The translations under genes were made by a program, and so were the position numbers. The notes below the pieces were generated by a model. The model was not told the origin of the DNA, made no database searches, and worked only from the letters and a program-made list of their open reading frames with translations. DNA of 64,000 nt from Candidatus Heimdallarchaeota archaeon (GTDB lineage: Archaea > Asgardarchaeota > Heimdallarchaeia > Hodarchaeales > Hodarchaeaceae): positions 1-64,000 of the forward strand of contig DXJL01000113.1 of the NCBI GenBank assembly GCA_019057635.1, read 5' to 3'. This document shows positions 19,089 through 29,456 of this stretch, one piece after another (within the stretch, counting starts at the first letter, position 1; every line of letters starts with the position of its first letter).

Positions 19089-19874
19089 TTATTTTCTTTC
19101 AAATGAAATTTCTACTTCATTTGCCTTAAGGCTAGCTTGAACTTCCTTTTGAACATTTTTCCAAACAGTTTCAGCAGTTTTCCAATCCGCACTCTCGATA
19201 GTGCATCTATAATCAGGAGGAGAAATTACTTGCAGATACAAATCTGAACCTTTATGTTTCTTCTTGAATGATTGCGTGTATTTTTTGAAGAAATTAGAAA
19301 GGACAACGGCTCCATCTGAATCATAGCAAGTAACTGATATCTTTCCGAGTAATCGAACTGTAGGGGGTTGTAATTCCTTAACAGCTAGATCATAGAGGAC
19401 AATTGCAACCTTTTCAGGAATATCGATCTTGGTCAATATTTTCACAGATTTCTCACGTAGTAGGAGTAAAGCTTCGTAAATTGAGCCATAATTAACCATC
19501 AAGATCTTTTCAACACTTTCTGTTTCCGTTTCTGTCTTCTCACACGCAACGGCTACAATACCTCTCGCACGACTTTCCTGTTTGAGCTCCGTTAGCTTCG
19601 TACGTCGTTGAGGCTCAGACACTCTCCGAATAGACATATCTATTTCTCCCCGTGCAGAGTCTATCCTCAGTATCTTAGCTACAACTCTCTGTCCTTCACG
19701 AACCTGACTTCGGATATTCCTAACCCAAGTACGGCTAAGCTCTGAAATGTGTACAAATCCTGCTTCAGCTCCAAGGCCCTCATAATCAAAGATCTCAAAA
19801 TATGCTCCATGAGGAGTAACCTTTGAGCATGATCCAACTACCAATTCTCCAACAGTAGGAAATTTAGATTCCAT
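19089..19874 (-). CDS. eif2a: Translation initiation factor aIF2 alpha
   Basis: S1 domain FPTVGELVVG..GFVHISELSRTWVRNIR, IDMSIRRV, SPPDYR. Confidence 0.95.
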   Translation of the reverse strand: MESKFPTVGELVVGSCSKVTPHGAYFEIFDYEGLGAEAGFVHISELSRTWVRNIRSQVREGQRVVAKILRIDSARGEIDMSIRRVSEPQRRTKLTELKQESRARGIVAVACEKTETETESVEKILMVNYGSIYEALLLLREKSVKILTKIDIPEKVAIVLYDLAVKELQPPTVRLLGKISVTCYDSDGAVVLSNFFKKYTQSFKKKHKGSDLYLQVISPPDYRCTIESADWKTAETVWKNVQKEVQASLKANEVEISFERK

Positions 19875-19887
19875 ATATTATCTCCTA

Positions 19888-20082
19888 TTATTTGTTATCT
19901 AAGATTTCAATAACTTCTCCGAACAATCGAGTGATTCCAGAACGAGGTTCAGCAAGAACTTTTCCACAAACACGACAATTAATGTGTGTTGTGGCATGAG
20001 AAAAGATTTCCTGAACATTACCACATTCACAGGAGATTTTAAGGAAATTAGATCGAGGTTGAGGAATATATTTTTTCTTCAT
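19888..20082 (-). CDS. rps27e: 30S ribosomal protein S27e
   Basis: PRSNFLKISCECGN..FSHA..CRVCG..LAEP. Confidence 0.95.
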   Translation of the reverse strand: MKKKYIPQPRSNFLKISCECGNVQEIFSHATTHINCRVCGKVLAEPRSGITRLFGEVIEILDNK

Positions 20083-20705
20083 TATAATTCACCAAATTTT
20101 TTCCCATCAGGAGTTTCTATTAAACGAGCAACTCCACGTGCTACCAAAGCAGTTGCATTTTCTAAGGGAAGTTGTACGATGTCATTCTTTTCTAGTGGTC
20201 CGTAAGATACATCATCCAAACCTATGAACGCTTCAACATTATAGAGCATTCTTACAATTGAATATTCTAACATAGTAGTTTTTTTTTCACTAATCTCCTG
20301 AAAGGGGTCTAGGACTACGGTAGAATTTTCAAATTGGTCTATTTCGGGTGAAACTCTTGGAGTATCTAAAATGTTTGGTTTCTCAACGCCAATCGTTTCA
20401 ATCGAGAGTCGCAGATTATTCGCTATTTTACGCTCTCCCCAAGTTAAGCCGTTTTCATCAAAAAGAGTATGATTAATAACCAGATTTACTATCTTGATCA
20501 GTCTTAAGTGCACTAAATCTTTCCTGAGAAATATAATCCGATCTAAAACGGCATTAGCCAGAGTTATGTTCGCTAATTGTTGAGCATCTTCTGATAATTT
20601 TGCCAGTAAACTATCGAGGGAAATATACAAATCCTTGGGAATGTTACAAAGCGAAGAATTCAACTTCTCATTTTTCCATAACAGAATTAAGTCATTGTAG
20701 TCCAA
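20082..20705 (-). CDS. GINS complex subunit (Gins15/Psf1-like)
   Basis: WKNEK..LCNIPKDLY, LRLIKIV, C-terminal B domain FIGLDDVSYGPLEKNDIVQLPLENA. Confidence 0.88.
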   Translation of the reverse strand: MDYNDLILLWKNEKLNSSLCNIPKDLYISLDSLLAKLSEDAQQLANITLANAVLDRIIFLRKDLVHLRLIKIVNLVINHTLFDENGLTWGERKIANNLRLSIETIGVEKPNILDTPRVSPEIDQFENSTVVLDPFQEISEKKTTMLEYSIVRMLYNVEAFIGLDDVSYGPLEKNDIVQLPLENATALVARGVARLIETPDGKKFGEL

Positions 20706-20932
20706 AAAATCTCCTCTAAGGAATGCCTACCTTTTCACGAATGAGTCATGCTTCATAATCCCTTATAAGTAAAAATTATAAAAAGGTAAAAAATCTAGTG
20801 TGTGAAATATCTATTTGGTAAATCTCCGATTGACTCAATAATGCGATTCAAGAGAAAGGAAATTAAATTTTACATATTTCCAGTTTTAGTGCATTTTGGC
20901 ACAAAAATAGGGAAATATCAATCAAAAGATGA

Positions 20933-21099
20933 AGCCACTGGTGGGAATTTCAAATAATATTCCGAGAAATACTATTTTTTGAACCCACGACATCCTCCTG
21001 TTTGTTTCTCATCAGAACAAACCGGGAGTAATACCAAGGAGGCGCTATAACCGTGCTTTGCCGAGATGATCTAAAGAAAATCTCATAAGCCACAGTGGC
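20933..21099 (-). tRNA. tRNA-Thr(GGU) with three introns (positions 14/15, 37/38, 59/60)
   Basis: Acceptor stem GCCACTG/CAGTGGC, anticodon stem CCTCC/GGAGG around TTGGTAA, T-stem GTGGG/CCCAC, U73. Removing 21057-21085, 21000-21031 and 20947-20977 gives a 75-nt cloverleaf. Confidence 0.85.
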
Positions 21100-21465
21100 A
21101 ATTTAGTCTTCTGATTACTCTGGATTTAATTTATCCAGAATTCTATTAAAACTCCCCTGATGAGTATTTTAGAATGTTTTTACATATGTCGTAAGAAACC
21201 CAAATGACATTAACTCACTCAAACAATAGAAATTTCTTTCAATATACTGAACGAAAAGAAAAAACACCTGCTACAATGAAATCGGTTTGGATCAGACTGC
21301 GATATTGGAAAATCATTTTGAAATATTCAATTTTCAGTTGAACATTGGGTGTAAGAACAAAAAGGAAGATTTAAGAGACTGAAATCGCGGTTTCAAGATA
21401 GAACAGAGTTCTTGATATAAAGAATGTGTTTTTCTAGTATGAACTGAATAGCTGGTACACTGACA

Positions 21466-22293
21466 ATGCTGGAATCATCACTGACCCTAATTCTCTTCTC
21501 AATCGCATTCTTTCTATTATTTCTGGGAGCCTATCAAGATTGGAAAACACGAGAAATAGTGGATTGGATTTGGATAGCTATGATTGGTAGTGGATGCATA
21601 TTACATATTCTACAAATTATTTTATTACTAATGAACAACTTAGATATCCAATCTTATCTTTTTACGTGGTTAAGTAACATTTCTATTGCTTTAATTTTAG
21701 CTGCCTTTCTTACTTTTTCTGGATTAGGAGGAGAGGCTGATAGAATTGCTTTTATTGCTATTTCGTTCGTTTCACCTGTTCAGCAACCACTATTCTCCAT
21801 CACAGATCCAAAATATGATGTCATCTTTTCCATCACTCCTAAAATTTTAGGAACATTCTTCAACGCATATTTACTAGCCATATCAGTTCCAATCGCCCTC
21901 TTATGCTACAATTTAATACGAAGAAACACAATTAGAGAATTTTATATAATTTCAAACCAATCTTTCATTGTTAAGATAGTATTATTTTTCATAGGTTACC
22001 CTCGAAGTACTCAGCGTATTTCGGAGGTGATAGAAAAAAAACCGTGGCATTTTGATTTCTTAGAGACTTATGATGACGTATCTGGGTGGAAGTATATTTT
22101 CCAAATGCGCCTTGAAACTCCAGAAGCTGATCTTTCCAGAAAAAAGGAGATTGCCAAAAAAACTCAGATTCATAACAAAGAGTCAATATGGGTTCAACCC
22201 TCCTTACCCTTCATTGTATTCTTACTATTAGGCTTCTTATTAGAGACACTACTAGGTAATGTCATTTTTGTCCTTACAGCATATTTTGCATAA
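21466..22293 (+). CDS. Prepilin/prearchaellin peptidase (A24, PibD/FlaK-like)
   Basis: YQDWKTREIVD and GGEAD catalytic aspartates; C-terminal IWVQPSLPFIVFLLLG. Confidence 0.88.
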   Translation: MLESSLTLILFSIAFFLLFLGAYQDWKTREIVDWIWIAMIGSGCILHILQIILLLMNNLDIQSYLFTWLSNISIALILAAFLTFSGLGGEADRIAFIAISFVSPVQQPLFSITDPKYDVIFSITPKILGTFFNAYLLAISVPIALLCYNLIRRNTIREFYIISNQSFIVKIVLFFIGYPRSTQRISEVIEKKPWHFDFLETYDDVSGWKYIFQMRLETPEADLSRKKEIAKKTQIHNKESIWVQPSLPFIVFLLLGFLLETLLGNVIFVLTAYFA

Positions 22294-22513
22294 ATAGTAA
22301 ATGTATCTCTATGTAAATTTCAACGTATAACAATAGGTATCTTCTTTTTTTCTGTTTCAACCACTATAAACGAAATTGAAGAATTTTGGCTGTTGTTGCT
22401 TTCAATATTAACACATAAGTTTTCTTATCTTTCAAAGATTAATAAGCTAAATTTATTAAGAATTAATCTAGCATTGGTATACGGAGATAAAATTTATTTA
22501 TTTTTCTCTGAAC

Positions 22514-23038
22514 TTGGAAAAAGACAACCAGGAGATTGCTAGCTTGATAGATCCACGAAGGTTTGACAGTGTACTCAGTAAAATCATAAAAAGTGAACCC
22601 GGTATCCGAAAAATTATTCTAGTCGACCGGACTGGTCTTACGATCGCTCATGTTTCCAAGTTTAGTTATGTATCTGTTGATGTTGATGGCATTGGAGCAA
22701 TTGCTTCAGCTGTATTTATGGCATCAGCAGAACAAGGATCTAATCTGACAATTGGCGGATTGGATATTGTCACTTCAGAATTCGATACTGGTAAAATATT
22801 CGCAAGCGCTTGTGGCCGAGGAATTTTGACAATAATCTCAGATGCTGAGGTTAATATCGGAATGATCCGCTTACTCATGAGAAAGGCTAATGAGGAACTT
22901 AGCTCAATCCTTGATGAGTTTTTAGCTGGACAACCATCTCGAGCCTTCTCAGGAATTGCCTCTGAAGCACCTGAAGTTCGTACTGGGCTCGAAAAAGATG
23001 AACTTGAAGCCGCGCTACGAGAGCTTGAAAAATTCTAA
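22514..23038 (+). CDS. Roadblock/LC7 (MglB-like) protein with C-terminal extension
   Basis: ILVDRTGLTIA, IGAIASA, VNIGMIRL; directly upstream of the MglA-like GTPase. Confidence 0.9.
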   Translation: MEKDNQEIASLIDPRRFDSVLSKIIKSEPGIRKIILVDRTGLTIAHVSKFSYVSVDVDGIGAIASAVFMASAEQGSNLTIGGLDIVTSEFDTGKIFASACGRGILTIISDAEVNIGMIRLLMRKANEELSSILDEFLAGQPSRAFSGIASEAPEVRTGLEKDELEAALRELEKF

Positions 23039-23080
23039 TCTAGTTTCTTATCCTCCTAGTCAGTGAAGGAGCCAAATTGA

Positions 23081-23662
23081 TTGCGAAAAGACGCAGAAGG
23101 TCGTCATAGATTTAAAATAGTATTTTATGGTCCCTCTCTCTGTGGAAAAACAACAACTCTTGGTTGGCTTTATCATAAGGTTGATGGTTTAGAAAAGGGG
23201 AAATTTACTCAACTAGCTGATCCACATGGACGCACGCTTTTTTTTGATTTTGCACCCATGCAAGCTACTACAGGAGTGGTTTTTGACGTTTACACTACAG
23301 CAGGACAGGAAAGACATAAACACCAGCGTAAAATAGTTATTCAGGGGGTAGATGGCATCTTATTTGTTGTTGATTCTTCATCAGATCAGCTTCAAGAAAA
23401 TATTGCTTCTTTCGAGGAGCTTACAACTCATTTGGGGGAAGATTTAGGCACCACAATTCCTTTAGTTATTGCTTTGAACAAACGAGATGCTGAGGATGCA
23501 CTACCAAGATCAGAGCTAATTGAAAAATTAAAATTATCCAATTATCCAATTTATGAAACTGTGGCTACTACGGGTATTGGGATAAAGCGTGCTTTCCAAT
23601 CATTAGCCCGTGAAATATTAATGATACAATTATACGGAACTAAGACATCTCAGAATAATTAG
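23081..23662 (+). CDS. MglA-like small GTPase
   Basis: KIVFYGPSLCGKTT, RTLFFDF, YTTAGQ, GVDGILFVVDS, NKRD. Confidence 0.93.
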   Translation: MRKDAEGRHRFKIVFYGPSLCGKTTTLGWLYHKVDGLEKGKFTQLADPHGRTLFFDFAPMQATTGVVFDVYTTAGQERHKHQRKIVIQGVDGILFVVDSSSDQLQENIASFEELTTHLGEDLGTTIPLVIALNKRDAEDALPRSELIEKLKLSNYPIYETVATTGIGIKRAFQSLAREILMIQLYGTKTSQNN

Positions 23663-23934
23663 CTTTTTTTCTGAATAATTACAGTCCATCCTCTAGTTTC
23701 TATTACCTCAGAGTTATTGTTTAATATAGCTCTCAAGGCTGAAACTGCTTCTTGACGTGAATTGAAAGGAGAATTTTTTAGAAACTTTATTTTAATGGTT
23801 TTATCCTTTTTTAATCGGTTATTAAGTTCATTAAAAAAGGAATCAGATAAACCATTTTTTCCTACTTGTAAACTTGGCGACTCTGCTCTGATATTCCGTA
23901 CGTTTGGTTGATGTAACTTGGACATGTATTTCAA
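23659..23934 (-). CDS. YhbY/CRS1 (CRM-domain) RNA-binding protein
   Basis: LQVGKNGL, TIKIKFL, ETRGWTVII. Confidence 0.88.
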   Translation of the reverse strand: MKYMSKLHQPNVRNIRAESPSLQVGKNGLSDSFFNELNNRLKKDKTIKIKFLKNSPFNSRQEAVSALRAILNNNSEVIETRGWTVIIQKKS

Positions 23935-24178
23935 AACCTCTTACTTTGGAGCGTTTTGTTAAGTTAATCTTATAGTTTTGCTATCTAAACCTATAGTTCG
24001 ATCTAATTTGTTATGATACAATAGAAGGAATTTCTCCTCGTAATATCTACATATTAGGATCTTATATTACTTTGAGTAGAAAGAATGATGTAAGTAGGTT
24101 TATTCTCCTTGTACACCTTCTCATTCGGAAAAATCTCGGAATTAGAAATATATTTATAGGAGATAAGCTTAAATTCAC

Positions 24179-24631
24179 ATGTCTAAGCAAAGATATGTGC
24201 GGAAATTTGTTTACAAGGGTGTAAGAATGTACATTCCCGATACTGATGCAGATCTACAAATGCATAAAGAAATAGTCGAAGTCTTGGAAGCATTTGTTAG
24301 TAAATTGCCAGCTATAGACTTTGCTAGCGTTGTTAGTCTTGAAGGACTTCCCATTTCCTCTTGGCCTCCTAAACTTCCAGGTGATTTGGATGATGTGCGA
24401 ATAGCCGCAATGACTGCGGCAATTCTTAGTTTAGGCGAGAGAGCTGTCATGGAAACGGGGAAAGGAGAAATGACACGGATTCTTGTCGAAGGAAACGATG
24501 GTTACCTTATTTCAGTTCAATCTGGTAGTAAAGCAGTATTAACTGCTTCAGCAAACAGATCGGTGAAATTGGGCTTAATTTTTCTTGATATGAAACAGGC
24601 TGCAAAGAAAGTCGGTGAAATACTGGGTTAG
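24179..24631 (+). CDS. Roadblock/LC7 domain protein
   Basis: VVSLEGLPISS, RIAAMTAAILSLGER, KLGLIFLDMK; true start may be later. Confidence 0.92.
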   Translation: MSKQRYVRKFVYKGVRMYIPDTDADLQMHKEIVEVLEAFVSKLPAIDFASVVSLEGLPISSWPPKLPGDLDDVRIAAMTAAILSLGERAVMETGKGEMTRILVEGNDGYLISVQSGSKAVLTASANRSVKLGLIFLDMKQAAKKVGEILG

Positions 24632-24707
24632 TTCCAATCGAAACTCCAGAATTTTACTCATTTCATTCTGTAAGATAGGAAGAAGAACAATATTTGTTGT
24701 CTGTTAC

Positions 24708-25955
24708 CTAATAGAGCTTATTCCTCATTGATTGGGCCTTTTGATAATAAAAATCGTGCAAAACAGATTCATTTAACTCTTGAACAATTTCCGCTGCTCT
24801 TTCATAATAAATCAGAGCAGAGTCATAATTCTCCTTAGTAGCTTCAAAATCTCCAAATTCCCCATAAGCTATCATTAGATTATATTTGTCCCCCGATTTC
24901 TCAAAATATTCAATGGCTTCTGTCAGATAATGGGGTGCTTGCACATCACTAGAGACATCTCCCAATTTAAGATTTTGGCATAGTACTTTAGCAATGTTAA
25001 TTTGGGCAATTGCTAAGTTATGCTTATCATTGCGTTCTTCTGCATGGCCACGCGCAATATCAAAGTTTTTAAGTGAACTATCATAATTAGCTAAACGATA
25101 ATAGCATTCTCCAATATTCATATACGCATTCACAACAGCTTTGTGAAAATTAGCTTTTTGGGCTTTTTCTAATGCGTTCTCAAAGACCGAAACTGCTTCT
25201 TGAAAATTATTTTGCTCATATAATATTATTCCCTCGGTTGACAAGACGTTCTCTTCAAGCATTGGGTCACCTAATTCCTTAGAAATCCGTCTTACGTTTT
25301 CTAAGAGTTCCTGTGCCAGAGCAGAATTCTTTGCTTCAACAGCTTCCTCTAGCTGAGCAAACGCGGCATGAAATTGACCATTCAAATCGGCTAGAATTGT
25401 GAAAATTTGTTCTGCCTTTTTAAAATTTGCTTTTGCCTTTTTTGGATCAGTAGATAAAATTCTTCTGCCTGCGTCAAGCAGTCGCCACGGTTCTTCCCCA
25501 ATTATATCTGCAATCTTCCTCCACTCTTGCTTAGAGTTGCCGCAAATCACGCTTTTACTTCGCCATTTTTGTGGAAATTCAAATAATTCATTAACCAAGT
25601 CTAAAAGAAGGTTATTATCCCCCCCTGCCTGAGCTGCTACACTTTTGGGACCAACAGCACGAAGTTTGAGATCTCCCTCTGAAAATTCAAATAATACTCC
25701 GAGAGGAACAGATTTCTTCTTGTCTTCTCCCCATTTTCTGCCAACAATTAATAGAAAATTCTTTGATGGAAAATCAATATCTTCACGACTGACTGTTTTC
25801 AGTGCAAGCAACCAGTGATAGTCTGTATCAAAAAAACTCGAGATTAACCTACCCTGAAATTCGGGATCCCAATCAACCAGATCCTCAACATCGGCTAATT
25901 CGATTACCTCCTCCTGACCAGCCCCTAAAGCAAAATGAACTTTCCAAATGACCAT
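24708..25955 (-). CDS. Tetratricopeptide-repeat protein with uncharacterised N-terminal domain
   Basis: Repeats such as EGIILYEQNNFQEAVSVFENAL and AYMNIGECYYRLANYDSSL. Confidence 0.85.
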   Translation of the reverse strand: MVIWKVHFALGAGQEEVIELADVEDLVDWDPEFQGRLISSFFDTDYHWLLALKTVSREDIDFPSKNFLLIVGRKWGEDKKKSVPLGVLFEFSEGDLKLRAVGPKSVAAQAGGDNNLLLDLVNELFEFPQKWRSKSVICGNSKQEWRKIADIIGEEPWRLLDAGRRILSTDPKKAKANFKKAEQIFTILADLNGQFHAAFAQLEEAVEAKNSALAQELLENVRRISKELGDPMLEENVLSTEGIILYEQNNFQEAVSVFENALEKAQKANFHKAVVNAYMNIGECYYRLANYDSSLKNFDIARGHAEERNDKHNLAIAQINIAKVLCQNLKLGDVSSDVQAPHYLTEAIEYFEKSGDKYNLMIAYGEFGDFEATKENYDSALIYYERAAEIVQELNESVLHDFYYQKAQSMRNKLY

Positions 25956-26179
25956 TCGTTCTTCACCCTACTTTCTTAGTCACGAGACACAACATCATTA
26001 TAATTCTTACATTGATCAACTTAAATACAATTCTCAATTAATTTGAGGTGCTTTATCAGAATACATTGTGACTACTTGATTATTTTAACCGTTGGATGTA
26101 TATCTATTGAGCTCTAGTCGGTTTAAAAATTTACGAAAAATTGATTTCACAGTTTTTTTTCAGGAATACTTCTTCACTT

Positions 26180-27610
26180 TTAGAGCTCAGGATCATCTAT
26201 AGCTAGCTTGCTGGTTCGATACTTAGGATGATATTTCTGTAATAGCTTTGGAGGAATTCGTTTTAATTCCTCTTCTGGAAGATCCGATAATAAATCCCAA
26301 GCCAGTTCCAGTGTATCAAAAATTTCTCGTGATTCATAATACCCTTGACGTAGAAATTCTCTTTCAAAACGATCTGCAAATCGTAAATACTTCTTGTCGG
26401 TAGCACTTAAGCTTTCCTCACCAACAACGGCTACTAAATCCCTTAAGTTTCTTCCAAGGGAATATCCCGCAAACATTTGATCTGCAACTGGCTTATGACA
26501 CACATGAGTCCGTCCTCTTCCGATTCCTTCACGCATCAATCGACTCAGACTGGGCATTGGATCAATAGGAGGATATATTCCTCTTCGATTTAAATCTCGA
26601 TCCACAATTAGTTGGCCTTCTGTAATATACCCAGAAAGATCAGGAATTGGATGTGTTATATCATCAGAGGGCATAGAAAGGATAGGGAGCTGTGTAATCG
26701 TTCCTGAATGACCTTTTATTCTTCCTGCTCGCTCGTAAATTGTAGCAAGATCGGTGTACAGATACCCTGGATATCCACGACGGCCAGGAACTTCTTCACG
26801 TGCAGCTGAGATCTCACGTAAAGCCTCAGCATAGTTTGTCATGTCAGTTAGTATAACTAAACAATGGTAATCGTATTCAAAAGCTAGATACTCAGCTACT
26901 GAGAGTGCAATCCGCGGAGTGATCAACCTTTCTGCTGCTGGGGAATCGGCTAGATTTAGGAAAAGTATTACTCGTTCAAGAGCACCAGTTTTCTCAAAGT
27001 CGTCTCTAAAAAATCGTGCTTCTTCAGTAGTGATACCCATTGCTGCAAAAATGACCGCAAACTCTTCATCCTTCCCTAAAACAGTTGACTGACGTGCAAT
27101 TTGTGCAGCGATATTATTATGAGGTAATCCACTACCGGAGAAAATTGGCAACTTCTGACCTCTAATTAATGTGTTTAAACCATCAATGGAAGATATTCCT
27201 GTCTGAATAAATTCTCTAGGATACTCACGAGAGTAAGGATTGATGGGGGCGCCTGTAATATCTAATCGTTCTTCCGCGAAAATCTGTGGTCCAGCATCGA
27301 TAGCTTTTCCACTCCCAGAAAAAATTCGACCAAGCATGTCTTGCGATACTGCAATTTTAATCGTTTCACCCAGAAACCTAACGGAAGTTTTTCGAGTATC
27401 GAGACCTTGGGTCCCTTCAAAAACTTGCACAACTGCAATGTCTTCTGCGGCTTCTAGAACTTGACCAGTTCTTTTTTCTCCATCTGGAGTGAGAACATGC
27501 ACTATTTCACCATAGGCAACTCCTTTAATGTTCTTAACGAATAATAAAGGACCAGCTATTGAAGATACTGTGGAATATGTGATGACCGAGGAGGGAGATT
27601 CTTCAATCAT
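26180..27610 (-). CDS. atpB: A/V-type ATP synthase subunit B
   Basis: [55 protein letters not shown]. Confidence 0.97.
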   Translation of the reverse strand: MIEESPSSVITYSTVSSIAGPLLFVKNIKGVAYGEIVHVLTPDGEKRTGQVLEAAEDIAVVQVFEGTQGLDTRKTSVRFLGETIKIAVSQDMLGRIFSGSGKAIDAGPQIFAEERLDITGAPINPYSREYPREFIQTGISSIDGLNTLIRGQKLPIFSGSGLPHNNIAAQIARQSTVLGKDEEFAVIFAAMGITTEEARFFRDDFEKTGALERVILFLNLADSPAAERLITPRIALSVAEYLAFEYDYHCLVILTDMTNYAEALREISAAREEVPGRRGYPGYLYTDLATIYERAGRIKGHSGTITQLPILSMPSDDITHPIPDLSGYITEGQLIVDRDLNRRGIYPPIDPMPSLSRLMREGIGRGRTHVCHKPVADQMFAGYSLGRNLRDLVAVVGEESLSATDKKYLRFADRFEREFLRQGYYESREIFDTLELAWDLLSDLPEEELKRIPPKLLQKYHPKYRTSKLAIDDPEL

Positions 27611-27657
27611 AATCTATACACTTCGTTTCTGTTCTTATCGTCTGAAATAGTAGTTGA

Positions 27658-29229
27658 TTAAATCATTTTTGCTGCTAAATAATTATTACGTAAATTCTTT
27701 AGCTCCTCAACTAGCTTCTCAATCGGAATTCTTGTTTGTTGCATACTATCCCTGTCCCTGATAGTAATATTTTCATCCTCAAGAGTATCAAAATCGACGG
27801 TAACGCAAAAAGGAGTCCCAATTTCATCATGTCTACGATACCTTTTACCAATTGATCCACCATCATCAAAATTAACCGTAAATCCTTGTGTCCTTAAGAA
27901 TTTAAATATATCTTGTGCTTTTGCAAGAATTTGGGGCTTTCTCTGTAATGGAAAAACTGCTACATCGTAGGGGGCCAGGCTTGGGTGAATTTTCAATACC
28001 ACCCGTTTTCTGTCATTAACGGTTTCCTCTTGATATCCATCAGCAAGAATCGTTAATAAAATACGCCCAAGACCAACAGAGGGTTCTGCAACGACATATG
28101 GTACATAACGTTTTACACCTGTCTCATCAGTCTCACTAAAATGAAGTTTTGTTTTAGAATGTATTTGATGTTGCTCTAAATCATATTGAGTTCTATTTGC
28201 ACAACCCATTAATTCTTTCCAGCCAAATTTATATTGATACTCAATATCCCAAGTATCTAAAGCGTAATGACTCAATTCTGATTCTAGATGTTGTCTGAAT
28301 CGTAATTTATTACCGTTTATACCCATTTTATCCGTAAACCAGTTATTAAAAGTCGCTAACCAGTATGCTTGCCATTTATTTTTGAAAATTTGATCATCCC
28401 AAGCTTTTTGAATGCTCATTGGTACAAAATCGTCTGAGATTTTGTCCGTCTGTTCTTTTCTTGAATAAATATTCACTTGTGTTTCATTCACATCCTCAAA
28501 AACGGGACAATCGTTGGTCTTCTGGGGATCTGTAAAATATTCAAACTCCATTAATTCATATTCACGTACTCGGAATAAAAAATTACGGGGAGAAATTTCA
28601 TTTCTAAAAACTATGCCAGATTGGGCAATACCAAAAGGTATTTTTACACGTGTAGAATCAATTACATTTCTGAATCCAGAAAAGATTAACTGAGCATTCT
28701 CAGGTCGAAGATAAACAGTTGATGCTGAATCCTGAATTGGACCCACCTGTGTCTTGAACATTAAATTGAAAGTTATTGGTTTTCCCAACTTACCTCCACA
28801 TTCTGGACAGATTAATCCCTCTTTTAGAACGAGTTCCCTCATTCCTTCGAGATCTAGATGCTCAGACTGTATGTGTAATTGATCTTCAACTAAATGATCA
28901 AGTCTATGTTTTTTCTTACATTTACCTTCGCAAAAAATTAAGGGGTCCGTGAAACTTGACAGGTGTCCAGAAGCTTCCCAAACTTTTGGATGAGTAATGA
29001 TGGCACCCTCATATCCGACAATGTCATCACGGTTTCTAACGAACTCAGTCCACCATGCATCCTTAATCCGATTTTTGATCTCCACACCTATAGGCCCAAA
29101 ATCCCAGAATCCGGCCAGACCCCCGTAAATGTCACCTGTACGATAAGCGATACCAGTTTTATTCGCAAACGCCATTATTTTTTCTAGAAACTGTTTTAAA
29201 TCCTCATCTAGTTCCATTTTCTTTACCAA
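27658..29229 (-). CDS. glyS: Glycyl-tRNA synthetase (alpha2 type)
   Basis: IYGGLAGFWDFGP, YLRPENAQ, FRNEISPR, EPSVGLGR, GSIGKRYRRHDEIGTP. Confidence 0.97.
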   Translation of the reverse strand: MVKKMELDEDLKQFLEKIMAFANKTGIAYRTGDIYGGLAGFWDFGPIGVEIKNRIKDAWWTEFVRNRDDIVGYEGAIITHPKVWEASGHLSSFTDPLIFCEGKCKKKHRLDHLVEDQLHIQSEHLDLEGMRELVLKEGLICPECGGKLGKPITFNLMFKTQVGPIQDSASTVYLRPENAQLIFSGFRNVIDSTRVKIPFGIAQSGIVFRNEISPRNFLFRVREYELMEFEYFTDPQKTNDCPVFEDVNETQVNIYSRKEQTDKISDDFVPMSIQKAWDDQIFKNKWQAYWLATFNNWFTDKMGINGNKLRFRQHLESELSHYALDTWDIEYQYKFGWKELMGCANRTQYDLEQHQIHSKTKLHFSETDETGVKRYVPYVVAEPSVGLGRILLTILADGYQEETVNDRKRVVLKIHPSLAPYDVAVFPLQRKPQILAKAQDIFKFLRTQGFTVNFDDGGSIGKRYRRHDEIGTPFCVTVDFDTLEDENITIRDRDSMQQTRIPIEKLVEELKNLRNNYLAAKMI

Positions 29230-29456
29230 ACTTAATTCATTTACAGATTACTTATTTTAAGGGAAATTAATACAGATTTTCTCATTGAATATTTACGATA
29301 CCTGTTTAAACATTTGTTAAAGCGATAATAGCCCATTACACCACTTAGGAAGCAATTTCCTTTAGTAATTTAAAAATATCTTCTGCAAGATCAAGAATCG
29401 AGACAAAACTGCTTAGAAGTTTCAAATTGATTACTACAAAAATATCCAGGATATAC

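Noticed and set aside
21000-21031. CUGAUGA-GAAA hammerhead-like core inside the anticodon intron
   Set aside because: No stem II between CUGAUGA and GAAA and no convincing stems I/III; explained as tRNA intron sequence
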